Numbered from the stretch's first letter, positions 19,473-29,313 are shown. The stretch: DNA of 64,000 bases from an uncultured Alphaproteobacteria bacterium (GCA_963812775.1 CAWEWH010000008.1:60468-124467); one strand, 5' to 3'. Notes: generated by a model not told the origin, from the letters alone. Made by a program: numbers and translations.

Positions 19473-20653
19473 AGGTGCTTCAGCCGACATCGGAGCTGGA
19501 AGCCGTCGCCATGATCACCGAGGCGGCCGCGCGTCGCATGCCGCTCTCCATCGCGTCGGGTGGCAGCAAGGCGAGCCTTGGCCGGCCGGCGCAAAGCGAG
19601 GCGACGCTCAGCGCAACGGGCCTGTCGGGCGTCACGCTCTACGAGCCGGGCGAGCTGGTCATCGCCGCGGCTGCCGGCACGCCGCTCGCCGAGGTGGAGC
19701 GCACGCTCGCCGCGAGGGGCCAGGAACTGCCGTTCGAGCCCATGGATTGGCGTGCACTGCTCGGCCACGACGGTCCGCCGACCATCGGCGGCGTGGTGGC
19801 CAGCAACAGCGCCGGCCCGCGCCGCATTCAGGCCGGCTCCTGCCGCGATGGCTTGATCGGCGTCAGGTTCATCAATGGCCGCGGTGAGGCCGTGAAGTCG
19901 GGCGGCCGCGTCATGAAGAACGTCACCGGCCTCGACCTGGTGAAGGTCATGGCCGGTTCGTGGGGCACGCTCGGATTTCTCACCGCGGCGACGTTCAAGG
20001 TGCTGCCCAAGCCGGAGCAGGTCGCCACGCTCGTGCTTACCGGCCTTGACGATGCCCGCGCTGTCGAAGCCTTGACGTTGGCGCTGGCCTCGCCTTTCGA
20101 GGTGACGGGCGCCGCGCACCTGCCGGGCGCTGACGCCGCGCCGGCCCGCACGCTGGTCCGTCTGCAGGGGTTCGAGGCTTCCGTCGCCTACCGGCTCGGT
20201 GAGCTGCAAAAGCATCTCGCCGCCTTCGGCGCGGTCGAGCGGATGCCGCGACGGGAAGCCGACGAGCTTTGGCGGAAGGTACGCGATGCGATGCCGCTTG
20301 CAGAGCCGCGCGCCGATGCGGTGTGGCGAATCTCGGTGGCGCCCACCAAGGGGCCGGCGGTTGTGGCGGCGGTCCGCCGGATATTTGCCGCGCGCTGGTT
20401 CTACGATTGGGGCGGCGGCCTCGTTTGGATCGCCGTTGCGGCCAGCCGCGATGCGGGCGCTTCCGTTGTCCGCGGCGCGGTGGCCGAGGCGAGAGGTCAC
20501 GCGACGCTGGTCCGCGCGCCGGCCGAGGTGCGCGCCGTCGTCGATGTGTTCGAGCCGCTGGCGGAGCCGCTGATGCGGCTGAGCCGCGGCATCAAGGAGG
20601 CTTTCGATCCCGCCGGTATTTTCGAGCCCGGCCGCATGTATGCCGGGATCTAG
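19469..20653 (+). CDS. glcE: glycolate oxidase FAD-binding subunit
   Basis: Collinear with E. coli GlcE. The GTG start overlaps the glcD stop (GTGA). Confidence 0.75.
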   Translation: MKVLQPTSELEAVAMITEAAARRMPLSIASGGSKASLGRPAQSEATLSATGLSGVTLYEPGELVIAAAAGTPLAEVERTLAARGQELPFEPMDWRALLGHDGPPTIGGVVASNSAGPRRIQAGSCRDGLIGVRFINGRGEAVKSGGRVMKNVTGLDLVKVMAGSWGTLGFLTAATFKVLPKPEQVATLVLTGLDDARAVEALTLALASPFEVTGAAHLPGADAAPARTLVRLQGFEASVAYRLGELQKHLAAFGAVERMPRREADELWRKVRDAMPLAEPRADAVWRISVAPTKGPAVVAAVRRIFAARWFYDWGGGLVWIAVAASRDAGASVVRGAVAEARGHATLVRAPAEVRAVVDVFEPLAEPLMRLSRGIKEAFDPAGIFEPGRMYAGI

Positions 20654-20655
20654 CG

Positions 20656-22014
20656 ATGCAGACGAACTTCCGCCCCGAGCAGCTCGCCGATCCGCACATG
20701 GAGACGTCGGAGCGCATCCTGCGCTCCTGCGTGCATTGCGGATTCTGCACGGCGACCTGCCCCACCTATTTACTGCTCGGCGACGAGCTCGATAGCCCGC
20801 GCGGCCGCATCTATCTGATGAAGGACATGCTGGAATCGGGAAAGCCGGCCACGCCCGAGGTTGTGAAGCATGTCGACCGCTGCCTTTCGTGCCTCGCCTG
20901 CATGACCACCTGTCCGTCGGGCGTGCACTACATGCATCTCGTCGATCACGGCCGCGCCTATATCGAGGCGACCTATCGGCGGCCCTGGCATGACCGGCTG
21001 ATGCGCACGCTCATCGCCCGCATCCTGCCCTATCGCGGGCGCTTCCGCGCCGCCCTCGTCTTGGCGCGGCTCACGCGGCCGCTCGCCCCGCTGCTGCGGC
21101 GCCTGCCCTTCGTGGGACGCCGTCTCGGGGCGATGCTCGATCTGGCGCCGCGGGCAGCGCTGCCGCGCCTTGCGGAGACGCCGGTCCTGAAGCCCGCCGG
21201 CTCTCGCAAGGGCCGCGTTGCGCTGCTCAGCGGCTGCGCCCAGCCGGTGCTGGCGCCGGACATCAACGCGGCGGCCATCCGTGTCCTCACCGGCCGCGGC
21301 ATCGAGGTTGCGCTGCCGGAAGGTGAGGGCTGCTGCGGCGCCCTCGTCCATCACATGGGCCGCGAGGCCGAGGCGCTGGCAATGGCCCGCCGCAACATCG
21401 ACGCCTGGACGGCGGAGATCGAGCGCGGCCTCGACGCAATCCTGATCACCGCCTCAGGCTGCGGCACGACCATCAAGGATTACGGATTCATGTTTCGCGA
21501 CGATCCGGCCTACGCCGCCAAGGCGGAGCGGGTCTCGGCATTGACCAAGGATATTTCCGAGTACCTCGCGGCCGAAGCCGTGGTACCGGCGCGTCCCACC
21601 GGACAGGTCGTCGCCTATCACTCCGCCTGCTCCATGCAGCACGGGCAACAGATCGGTCCCGAACCGAAGATGCTGCTGCGCCAAGCCGGGTTCATCGTGA
21701 AGGATGTGCCGGAGGGGCATGTCTGCTGCGGCTCGGCCGGCACCTACAATCTGCTGCAGCCAGAACTGGCGGCGCGGCTGCGCGACCGCAAGGTGGCCAA
21801 CATCGCGACAACCGGAGCGGCGATCATCGCCACCGGAAACATCGGCTGCATCACACAGATCGCCAGCGCGAGCGACATTCCGGTCGTCCACACGGTGGAG
21901 CTGCTGGATTGGGCCACCGGCGGTCCGCTGCCGCGCGCCTTTGCGGGGCATGAGCCCGCACCGCGACGAGCCGACGGGCCGGCATCTGAGGCGGAGCGGA
22001 CAGTCGCGACATGA
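20656..22014 (+). CDS. glcF: glycolate oxidase iron-sulfur subunit
   Basis: Two 4Fe-4S ferredoxin motifs (CVHCGFCTATCP, CLSCLACMTTCP) and CCG domains; the ATG lies 2 nt after the glcE stop. Confidence 0.85.
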   Translation: MQTNFRPEQLADPHMETSERILRSCVHCGFCTATCPTYLLLGDELDSPRGRIYLMKDMLESGKPATPEVVKHVDRCLSCLACMTTCPSGVHYMHLVDHGRAYIEATYRRPWHDRLMRTLIARILPYRGRFRAALVLARLTRPLAPLLRRLPFVGRRLGAMLDLAPRAALPRLAETPVLKPAGSRKGRVALLSGCAQPVLAPDINAAAIRVLTGRGIEVALPEGEGCCGALVHHMGREAEALAMARRNIDAWTAEIERGLDAILITASGCGTTIKDYGFMFRDDPAYAAKAERVSALTKDISEYLAAEAVVPARPTGQVVAYHSACSMQHGQQIGPEPKMLLRQAGFIVKDVPEGHVCCGSAGTYNLLQPELAARLRDRKVANIATTGAAIIATGNIGCITQIASASDIPVVHTVELLDWATGGPLPRAFAGHEPAPRRADGPASEAERTVAT

Positions 22015-22018
22015 AAAA

Positions 22019-22050
22019 ACCGCGTGCGGCAAGGCCACACGCGGTTCGGC
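22019..22050. terminator. intrinsic terminator hairpin ACCGCGTG-loop-CACGCGGT, flanked by A6 on the plus strand and T6 on the minus strand (bidirectional)
   Basis: Seen directly in the sequence immediately after the glcF stop. On the minus strand it is followed by TTTTTT. Confidence 0.6.
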
Positions 22051-22083
22051 GAAAAGTCCGAAATCGAACCGGCGATGCCGGCA

Positions 22084-22118
22084 CGAAAAAAGACTTGCGC
22101 GTCGCTTAGAGCGACGCC
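22084..22118 (-). terminator. intrinsic terminator downstream of the lysine-rich micro-gene
   Basis: Minus strand: GGCGTCGCTCTAAGCGACGC hairpin, then GCAAGTCTTTTTT. Confidence 0.6.
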
Positions 22119-22124
22119 GGCGCC

Positions 22125-22199
22125 TTACTTCTTCTTCTTCTTGGCGGTCTTCTTCTTCGTAGCCTTCTTCGCGGTCTTCTTTTTCGCAGCTTTAGCCAT
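22125..22199 (-). CDS. 24-aa lysine-rich micro-protein MAKAAKKKTAKKATKKKTAKKKKK
   Basis: ATG preceded by a GGAGAG Shine-Dalgarno at 8-nt spacing, a TAA stop, then two tandem terminators. 14 of 24 residues are Lys. It is not in the supplied ORF track because it is too short. Confidence 0.55.
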   Translation of the reverse strand: MAKAAKKKTAKKATKKKTAKKKKK

Positions 22200-22399
22200 G
22201 TTGAGCTCTCTCCAATGGTTTCGAGATTGCGAACAGGAGCTTGATCGAGCGGACAGCGCGAGCGACGGGCGTCGCTTCGGGGTCCGGTCGATGCCGTTGC
22301 CTCAAGTCCGGCCCCGCAGCTTGCGGGCCCGAGATAACGACAACGACGACGCCAACAATTTCTCCTTCAGCTCCTGCCAGCCATTCGCGGTTGTGCGAA

Positions 22400-23030
22400 C
22401 ATTGGTAAATTAACACATATGGCATGAATATCCAAATCACCCTGCAAGGAAGCCAAGGCTTCCGAGGGGCAATGACTTGTCAACGAACGCGTTCATCAAG
22501 TATTAAATTGGCTGTTATTGCGCCGAACACTTTGTCAAGCACAGAATAGTACGATGAAATACTTGCGCCTTGCAGCAACGATTGGCTGACCCGCAACTGC
22601 TAGAGGCATCGACATCGCGAATCACAAAATGTGGGGCAGTATTTTGTCATAACAGGGCACATATTTACTGCGGATTCGACCATCGCTCCCGCCCCGAGAC
22701 GACGCGCGCGAAGTATAAATTCTTTGCAACGAACCTGCTGTGGACAAGTGCGAGGATCGTTTTTGCGCGCGTCGTCGTGTCGTCGCGTCGACAAAGAATC
22801 GCATCAGCGCTGATTCGCAAGGCGCGTCGTCACGACGCGATCACGCGCACAACGTCATCGCGCGGCGTCCATCACGTTCGAAGATGTGTCGGTCGCCCGC
22901 AGCGCGTGTCGCTCTCTGCCTCCGTCGCGCCTTGCCGCCGCGAGACGCGTGGCGGGATGACAAAGCCGAGGTGCCTTCCTATGTCGTATCGGGAGCGACG
23001 GCCGGTGCCGCCGGCATGAACGAGGAGGGA
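22400..23030. promoter_or_regulatory. unusually long AT-rich non-coding region with three adjacent palindromes (GGAAGCCAAGGCTTCC, TGACTTGTCA, GAACGCGTTC at 22447-22494) and a structured GC-rich 5' leader
   Basis: There is no credible ORF. GC content drops sharply relative to the flanks. The palindromes are seen directly. The region lies upstream of the DUF2076 gene. Confidence 0.45.
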
Positions 23031-23035
23031 TGGCC

Positions 23036-23726
23036 CATGAATTCGCAGGAACGCGACGTCATCAGCGGCATCTTCGAGCGCTTGAGGTCGGTCGCCGACG
23101 CACCGCGCGATCCGGAAGCGGAGCGCTTCATCGCCGAGCTCGTGGCGCGCCAACCCTACGCGCCTTACGCCATGGCCCAAGCCATCTACGTCCAGGAGCA
23201 GGCGCTCAAGGAGCTCAACGACAAGGTGCGCGATCTGGAAGCGCAGCTGAAGGCGGCAGGCGGCGGCGAGCAGCGCGGCTTCCTGGGCTCCTTGTTCGGG
23301 GCCGGGACATCGGAGCAGGCGCCGACGCCGGCGCAAACCTCGCGCACCAGCGTGCCGCAAGCCGGCATGGGCACCGCTCCGCAATACGGATCGGCTCCAG
23401 GCTCGAGCGTGCCGCAACAATTCCCGCCCGTCGATCAGCCGGCCGGTGGTGGCGGGTTTCTGCAGGGCGCGTTGGCGGCTGCTGCCGGCGTAGCCGGCGG
23501 TGCCCTGCTCTATCAGGGATTGAAGGGGTTGCTCGGCGGCGGCGACGAGCAGCGCGCTGCCCATCGTTTCGGCGACACCGGACGGGCGAGCGATGATCGG
23601 GCAAGCGGTTTCGGCGATCCCGACAATTTCCTGCGCAATGCCTCGCATGCGCACGACGGCGAGGACAACGGCGGCAGCGATGACAGCCTCGACTTCGACC
23701 TGGGCGGCGACGACGACCTAGCTTGA
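23036..23726 (+). CDS. DUF2076 domain-containing protein (Gly/Ala-rich C-terminus)
   Basis: MNSQERDVISGIFERLRSVADAPRDPEAERFIAELVARQPYAPYAMAQAIYVQEQAL fits the conserved DUF2076 N-domain. A GAGGAGGGA Shine-Dalgarno lies 7 nt upstream. Confidence 0.7.
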
Positions 23727-23800
23727 TCGAACGAACGACGGCCGGCGGGCCACAGAGCGCCTCGCGCTCCTCCCTTCTCGGTCAGCCGTCCTCCGTCGTC

Positions 23801-24538
23801 CTATGTGACGACCACCTTGGTGCCGACCTTGACGCGCTCATAGAGATCGAGCACGTCGTCGTTGAGCATGCGAATGCAGCCCGACGAGACGTTCTGGCCG
23901 ATCGTGTGCGGCTCATTGGTGCCGTGGATGCGGTAGAGCGATGAGCCGAGATAGAGCGCGCGGGCGCCGAGCGGATTGTCGGGACCCCCCGCCATGTGGA
24001 GCGGCAGATCCGGGCGTCGCTTGCGCATCTCCGCCGGTGGCCGCCAATCGGGCCATTCGCGCTTCATGCTGACCGACTGCACGCCGCGCCAAGTGAAGCC
24101 TTCGCGGCCGACGCCGATGCCATAGCGGATGGCCTGTCCGCCACCTTGCACGAGGTAGAGAAATTTGTTGTCGGTGTCGATCACGATGGTGCCGGCGCCT
24201 TCCTTGCCGGCATAGGCGACCGATTGGCGGCGAAAGTGCGCGGGAATCTCGCGGACCGCCGGGAGCAGCTCGTTCGTCGGCTGACGTGCGGCATGGGCGT
24301 GGCGGCCGAAGGGATCGGAGCCAGGCGCGTTGAACCCCGGCGGGCCAAAGCCGCCGCGATGGAAGGGGCCGGGGCCGGGATCGCGGCCCGTCATGAGCAT
24401 CTCGATGAAGCCGCCGCCGAAATCGCCGGCCGCGGCGTGCTGGCGGGAGCCTGCCGGACCTGGCTCGGCATTGGCCGTCGGTGAACCCAACGCCGACAAG
24501 ACGAGAATGGCGACTGAGATGAGGGTGATGTGTTTCAT
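23801..24538 (-). CDS. L,D-transpeptidase (YkuD domain) family protein
   Basis: Signal peptide MKHITLISVAILVLSALG; the catalytic YkuD motif HGTNEPHTIGQNVSSGCIRM is at the C-terminus. Confidence 0.8.
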   Translation of the reverse strand: MKHITLISVAILVLSALGSPTANAEPGPAGSRQHAAAGDFGGGFIEMLMTGRDPGPGPFHRGGFGPPGFNAPGSDPFGRHAHAARQPTNELLPAVREIPAHFRRQSVAYAGKEGAGTIVIDTDNKFLYLVQGGGQAIRYGIGVGREGFTWRGVQSVSMKREWPDWRPPAEMRKRRPDLPLHMAGGPDNPLGARALYLGSSLYRIHGTNEPHTIGQNVSSGCIRMLNDDVLDLYERVKVGTKVVVT

Positions 24539-24761
24539 GTCCGACCTACGCAACTGCGTCGACAACTGGTCGCCACCTTGCCGGAGGGGGACAATCAAAT
24601 GGTGAATTGAACGTAGGGATCGCCGCGCAAAGCCCTGGCGTGCCGGAAACCTCCGATTATGGTTATCGGGCTCTGAGCATTCATCGTTAAGCCCTCGTTA
24701 AGTCGCTTATTGAGTGCGTAAGGGCGTCGCTTCGTGCGATTACGGCTGACATATTTAGTTT

Positions 24762-25575
24762 ATGTCAAAGTTTTCCCACCACGATAGCGTCTCCTGCGGA
24801 ACTGCACCCATGACGACGAGCCGGACTGCCTATCGCATCGAAAGAATGGACGGGCTCCTGAAGCCTGCCGCTTCGGCGCACCAACTCGGCAAGATGAACG
24901 GGGCGACCGATCCGCGTCTCGATGCGGTCATCGCCGGCCTGCAGGAGTTGAAGCAGCTTATCGGTCCGGCGCAGCGCCAGGCGACGGACGTCATCGAAGC
25001 CTACCGGACCCAGCTCCAGGAGATATTCGAGCTCAAGCTTGAGTTCGATCGCATGAAGGAGGCGATCGAAAGCACAAAGGCCCAGCTCGCCGCCATCCGT
25101 CGCCTGGAGAGCGAAGGACGCGGCATGCGCCGGGTCAACAGCGAGCTCGACGAGGTCGTCGTCGACACGGAACGGGCGACAACGTCCATCCTGTCGGCGA
25201 CCGAGGCGATCGAGGCGCAGGTGCGGTCCCTCCGCGCTGGCATGGGCGACGCAACCGACCAGGCGCGCGCCGACATCGTGCTGCAGAAGGTGGTTGAGCT
25301 CTACGAGTTCGTGCAATTTTCATGACGTGACCGGGCAGCGCATCGCCAAGATCGTCGGCGTGCTCATATTTCTCGAGGAACGGCTGCAGACGGTGATCGA
25401 TGCGTGGGCCGGGCTCGATGCCTTCCGCGGATTTCAGAACGTCGCGCCCGCAGCCGCCCTCGTCGCGGCTCCCGTCGTCCCAGGCCCGAAGCACGAGGAA
25501 CTGCTGCACGGACCGCGCTTGGCCATCGACAGCGGGCATGCCTCCCAGGACGACATCGACGCGATGTTCGGCTGA
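24762..25575 (+). pseudogene. CheZ-like protein phosphatase, frameshifted at ~25315-25325 inside a TTTT run
   Basis: ORF 24762..25325 ends ...VVELYEFVQFS*. The overlapping +1 ORF 25294..25575 carries the CheZ signature FHDVTGQRIAKIVGVLIFLEERLQ (the D-x-TGQ active-site motif). Confidence 0.55.
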
Positions 25576-25625
25576 CCTGAATTGGGCTCGAGAAAATTCG
25601 ATGCCCTGGCGACGTCCCAAAACGT

Positions 25626-27071
25626 CTAGGCGGCGCGCTCGGCTCGGCCGGGCCCCAGACGCCTGCGCAGCTCATCGCGCAGTCCGGCGACGTTGAAGGC
25701 CGCCACGATCAGCGCGAAGATGGCGACGCCCGCCACAATCAGCAACGGCAAGACCAGCACTGCCGGCTCATGATGACGGAAGGGAGCGAGCGCCCCCATC
25801 ATCACCGCCGCCGCGCCCACGATTATGGCAACGTCGCGCAGCGGCAGGGAGAAACGCGTGCGCAGACTAGCCAGCGTGAACAAGGTGGCGAGCGCCGCCA
25901 GCATGGCGCCGCTCTGCGCCAGCGCGAAGCCGTCCGCTCCGAAGCGCGGCGGCAGCGCGACGGCGAGGGCGGCGTTGACGGCAAGGCCGACCAACGAGGC
26001 CGCTACCGCCGGCCCGGTGCCTTTGGCCAGTTGGAAGACGGGGTTCAGCGCATACTGGATGATCGCAAAGGCGAATAGACCGGGCATGAGAAGGGTCGTG
26101 TAGGTCGCGAAGGATCCACGAAACGCTGCCGGCACGATCACCGCTTCGAACGACGGCAGAACGAGCCAATAGCCCGCCGCGGTTGGCAGCAGAAAGGCGA
26201 GGACCACGACGGCGTTGCGATTGATCTGATGCTCAGCCTTTTCCCGGCCATGCAACTCGTCGGTCCTGACCGCGATCTGGAACAACAGGATATCGAGGGC
26301 CGAGCCGGCGACGGCGAACATCCTGACGCCGAGATCGGCCGCCAGCGAGAAGCGACCCGCCTCGGCATAGCCATAGAGAGCGGCCACCGCCGTGCGATTG
26401 ATGAACGGCAAGAGCGTGTAGATCGTCACCGCGACGACGATGGGCATGCCGTAGCGCAGGAAGGTGAGCGCCAGCCGAGCGTCGGCGCTGCGCCACATGT
26501 TGCGCCCCGTCGACCCGTCATCGGCGAGCGCCCGTCGCGTGACCAGGAGGGCGGCGGCGACGCTGAGACACGTGCCGACAAGCACGATGCTCGCGCTCTG
26601 GAACAGGAAGGCCCCGCCGACCATCAGAACGAAGGCCATCACATTCTTGACGATGACGATGAGCGCGTAGACGCGCTCCTGGAAGCGGGCACGCGCCAAG
26701 GCGGCGTGGTAGTCGAAAAGACCGCTGCATACGCCGGCGCCCGTCGCCGCGGCCGCCAGTGCCGCCGGCAGGCGGAAATCCACCCCTGCCACGATGGCGA
26801 CCGCGAGCAGCGACACGAGGCCGAGGGAGATCGACGCCACCAACGTATCGAGCGTGGCACGCACCCTCGGCTCTTCGCGGCCGGTGCGCTCCGAGTAGAA
26901 CCGCGCCGCCGAGAGCCGCAACCAATCGAGAAATGTCGCGTTCAAGACGGTCGCAATAGCTGCCGCAATCGCGTAGCGGCCGAACTCCTCGGGTCCCAGG
27001 AACTTGGCGACCAGCAGGCCGAGCACGAAGTTGAGCCCGGCATTGATGAAGAAGGTGAGGACGATGGTCAT
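25626..27071 (-). CDS. polysaccharide biosynthesis protein / Wzx-like flippase (MOP superfamily)
   Basis: About 12-14 transmembrane helices in the MATE/Wzx-like arrangement; 481 aa from MTIVLTFF. Confidence 0.65.
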   Translation of the reverse strand: MTIVLTFFINAGLNFVLGLLVAKFLGPEEFGRYAIAAAIATVLNATFLDWLRLSAARFYSERTGREEPRVRATLDTLVASISLGLVSLLAVAIVAGVDFRLPAALAAAATGAGVCSGLFDYHAALARARFQERVYALIVIVKNVMAFVLMVGGAFLFQSASIVLVGTCLSVAAALLVTRRALADDGSTGRNMWRSADARLALTFLRYGMPIVVAVTIYTLLPFINRTAVAALYGYAEAGRFSLAADLGVRMFAVAGSALDILLFQIAVRTDELHGREKAEHQINRNAVVVLAFLLPTAAGYWLVLPSFEAVIVPAAFRGSFATYTTLLMPGLFAFAIIQYALNPVFQLAKGTGPAVAASLVGLAVNAALAVALPPRFGADGFALAQSGAMLAALATLFTLASLRTRFSLPLRDVAIIVGAAAVMMGALAPFRHHEPAVLVLPLLIVAGVAIFALIVAAFNVAGLRDELRRRLGPGRAERAA

Positions 27072-27320
27072 GACGGCGCGCCGCCCCGACGGGCACACGG
27101 CCCCGAAAAGTGTGCACGGCTTCCGGACGGCATCATGCGCAAATCAAAGGGCTAGAGGACGATTGCAATTCTTAGTCGCCTCGTCCTCTAGCGCATCGGG
27201 CCAAACAATGTCTTACGATGTCGGGCCACTGTCTTCGCCATTATCCATGTTCATCAAGCCTGTTTCGTTGGCCAACGGCCCGGCCGGGCCGCTTCTGCGG
27301 CCGGTGACGGCGCTTCTCCT

Positions 27321-28172
27321 ATGAGTGAGGACAGGAGCGGCGCCGTCGTGCGCGCTATCCTGGCCATCGCCGTTCTCTCGGCGATGGACGCGATCGTCAA
27401 GGATGTCTCCTTGCGCTATCCGACGTTTCAGGTTGCCTTCATGCGCTTCGCGCTTGGCGGCCTGTGCGTGGTTGGCTGGGCCGCTTGGCAGCGGCCCGGA
27501 TGGCCATCGCGCGAAACGATGATTGCCAATTCGCTCCGCAGCCTGCTCGTCGTGGTCACCGGGACGGCGTTCTTTTATTCCCTCGCGCGGCTGCCCATGG
27601 CCGAGGCCTTCGCGCTTTCCTTCCTGGCGCCGATCTTCATGGCGGTCCTTGCGGTTCTGGCGCTCGGCGAGCGGCTCGACCGCCGCATCGTCGGCGGCTT
27701 GGCGGCCGGCCTCGCCGGCATGCTCGTCATGGTGGTTGCACCAGGAGCCTCGCCGGCGGAGCGCGCGTGGGACGGCATCGCCGCAGCATTGCTCTGCGCG
27801 CTGACCTACGCTGTCTCCATGGTGCTGCTCAGGGCGCGGGCGACGCGCGACCGCATCGAGATCATCTTGCTGTTTCAGACCGTCGGCCCGGCCCTCATCA
27901 TGGCTCTGCCGGCCGCCAGCGTGTGGATGCCCCTTCAAGCCGCGGACCTGCCGCCGTTTGTGGCCATCGGCATCATGGGAACGACAGGCCAGATCCTCTT
28001 CGCCCAGGCCTTCGCGCGCGCCCCCGCTTCGGCGCTGGCGCCGCTCGAATACACCTCGCTCGTTTGGGCGGTGGCGTTCGGCTACGGGTTCTTCGGCGAA
28101 GTGCCGAGCGTCGCGATGTTCGCCGGTTCAGCGCTCATTATCGCCGGCTCGTTTCTCGCGGCGCGGCGCTGA
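27321..28172 (+). CDS. EamA/DMT family transporter
   Basis: A 10-TM protein with duplicated EamA domains. Confidence 0.75.
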   Translation: MSEDRSGAVVRAILAIAVLSAMDAIVKDVSLRYPTFQVAFMRFALGGLCVVGWAAWQRPGWPSRETMIANSLRSLLVVVTGTAFFYSLARLPMAEAFALSFLAPIFMAVLAVLALGERLDRRIVGGLAAGLAGMLVMVVAPGASPAERAWDGIAAALLCALTYAVSMVLLRARATRDRIEIILLFQTVGPALIMALPAASVWMPLQAADLPPFVAIGIMGTTGQILFAQAFARAPASALAPLEYTSLVWAVAFGYGFFGEVPSVAMFAGSALIIAGSFLAARR

Positions 28173-28176
28173 ACCA

Positions 28177-28659
28177 TCAGCGGCCCTTGCCGAGCGTCAT
28201 GATCATGCAGGTCTCGGTGCCATGCGCGAGGAGCTTGCCGTTGGCATCGAGGAGGCGACCTTCGGAGGTGGCGATGGTCTGGCCGCGATGGATGACGACA
28301 CCCTCGCAGCGCACCTTGCCGGTGCTCGGCAGGATCGGCCGCACCATGTTCACCTTCATCTCCACCGTCGTGTAGGCTTGGCGAGCCTCGAGCGTCGTGT
28401 GCACGGCGCAGCCCATGGCTGAGTTGAGGATGGCGCCGGTCCAGCCGCCGTGCACCGTGCCGAGGGGGTTGAGGAAGGCGGCTGACGGCACGCCTTCAAA
28501 CACCACCTTCCCGACCTCCGCCTCGACGAGGTAGATGCTGGTCGTCTGGCTGAAGGGCGGGTTGGGATGCCGGCGCTCGATCAGGCCCCGCAGCAGATCG
28601 ATGCCCTTTTCGGTGAGCAGGACCTCGCGCGGCACGACGCCGTGGTTCAGCGCATCCAT
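28177..28659 (-). CDS. PaaI-family hotdog-fold thioesterase
   Basis: The GTVHGG motif, typical of PaaI/YbgC-type 4HBT thioesterases; alternative start at 28686. Confidence 0.7.
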   Translation of the reverse strand: MDALNHGVVPREVLLTEKGIDLLRGLIERRHPNPPFSQTTSIYLVEAEVGKVVFEGVPSAAFLNPLGTVHGGWTGAILNSAMGCAVHTTLEARQAYTTVEMKVNMVRPILPSTGKVRCEGVVIHRGQTIATSEGRLLDANGKLLAHGTETCMIMTLGKGR

Positions 28660-28718
28660 TGCGGCCTCCAATGTGTAGATACACACCTAGGAAGAGGCCG
28701 CCAAGCCGTCAAGGCGGA

Positions 28719-29156
28719 TCAGGCGGCCTCGAGAGCCGCCTTGCGCAGCGCGCGCAAATGCTGACGGGTCGCGTCCCACTCGGCTGGCCCAAGCCGCGAC
28801 TCGATCCTGGCTTGCGCCTTCTTCCAAAGTGGAACGGCTGCCGCGATGGCCTTTTGACCCTTTGGCGTCATCGCGTAGGCCACCGCCCGGCCGGTTCCGC
28901 CCCGCGGGGTGATGAAGCCGGCGTCTTTGAGGAGTTGCAGGTTTCGCGTCAGCGTCGTGCGTTCGAACGCCAGCCGCTCGGCCAAATCACTGATCGACCC
29001 CCCGATACCCATATCGATGGCCGCCAAGAGTGCGAACTGGGTGATTTTCAGCCCGATCGGCCTGAGCGCCTCGTCATAGGCACGCGTCACCGCCCGTGCC
29101 GTCATGCGGATATGAAGACAGGCGCAATTCTGGGGGATGTCCACCAAAACCGTCAT
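28719..29156 (-). CDS. MarR family transcriptional regulator
   Basis: Winged HTH LKITQFALLAAIDMGIGGSISDLAERLAFERTTLTRNLQLLKDAGFI; start chosen at MTVLVD. Confidence 0.7.
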   Translation of the reverse strand: MTVLVDIPQNCACLHIRMTARAVTRAYDEALRPIGLKITQFALLAAIDMGIGGSISDLAERLAFERTTLTRNLQLLKDAGFITPRGGTGRAVAYAMTPKGQKAIAAAVPLWKKAQARIESRLGPAEWDATRQHLRALRKAALEAA

Positions 29157-29286
29157 GCGCCGACGATGGGGAGCTAGGCCGCGTCCGTCAAGTGAGCCGC
29201 CGAGGGGGTAGTGGATTCGGGCTGTCTTGCCATCGCGGCCCGAACCCCTTGACTCGGCCAAGGCCGGGACCTATGTCCGGGGCGCC

Positions 29287-29313
29287 TTAGCACTCGCCGT
29301 GGGGGAGTGCTAA
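29287..29313 (+). promoter_or_regulatory. CIRCE element (HrcA operator) TTAGCACTC-N9-GAGTGCTAA upstream of groES
   Basis: A perfect match to the established CIRCE consensus, read directly from the sequence, 80 nt upstream of groES. Confidence 0.9.

Noticed and set aside
22125-22199. Lysine-codon-rich leader peptide of a transcription attenuator
   Set aside because: Nothing is encoded downstream on the same strand; the gene is convergent with glcF. The two hairpins are unconditional terminators, not an antiterminator/terminator pair.
22644-22670. Sigma-54 promoter (GGCAC...TGC) at the ACAGGGCAC box
   Set aside because: The spacing between the GG and GC elements is 12 nt and 13+ nt at the two sites. 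The required spacing is 10 nt.
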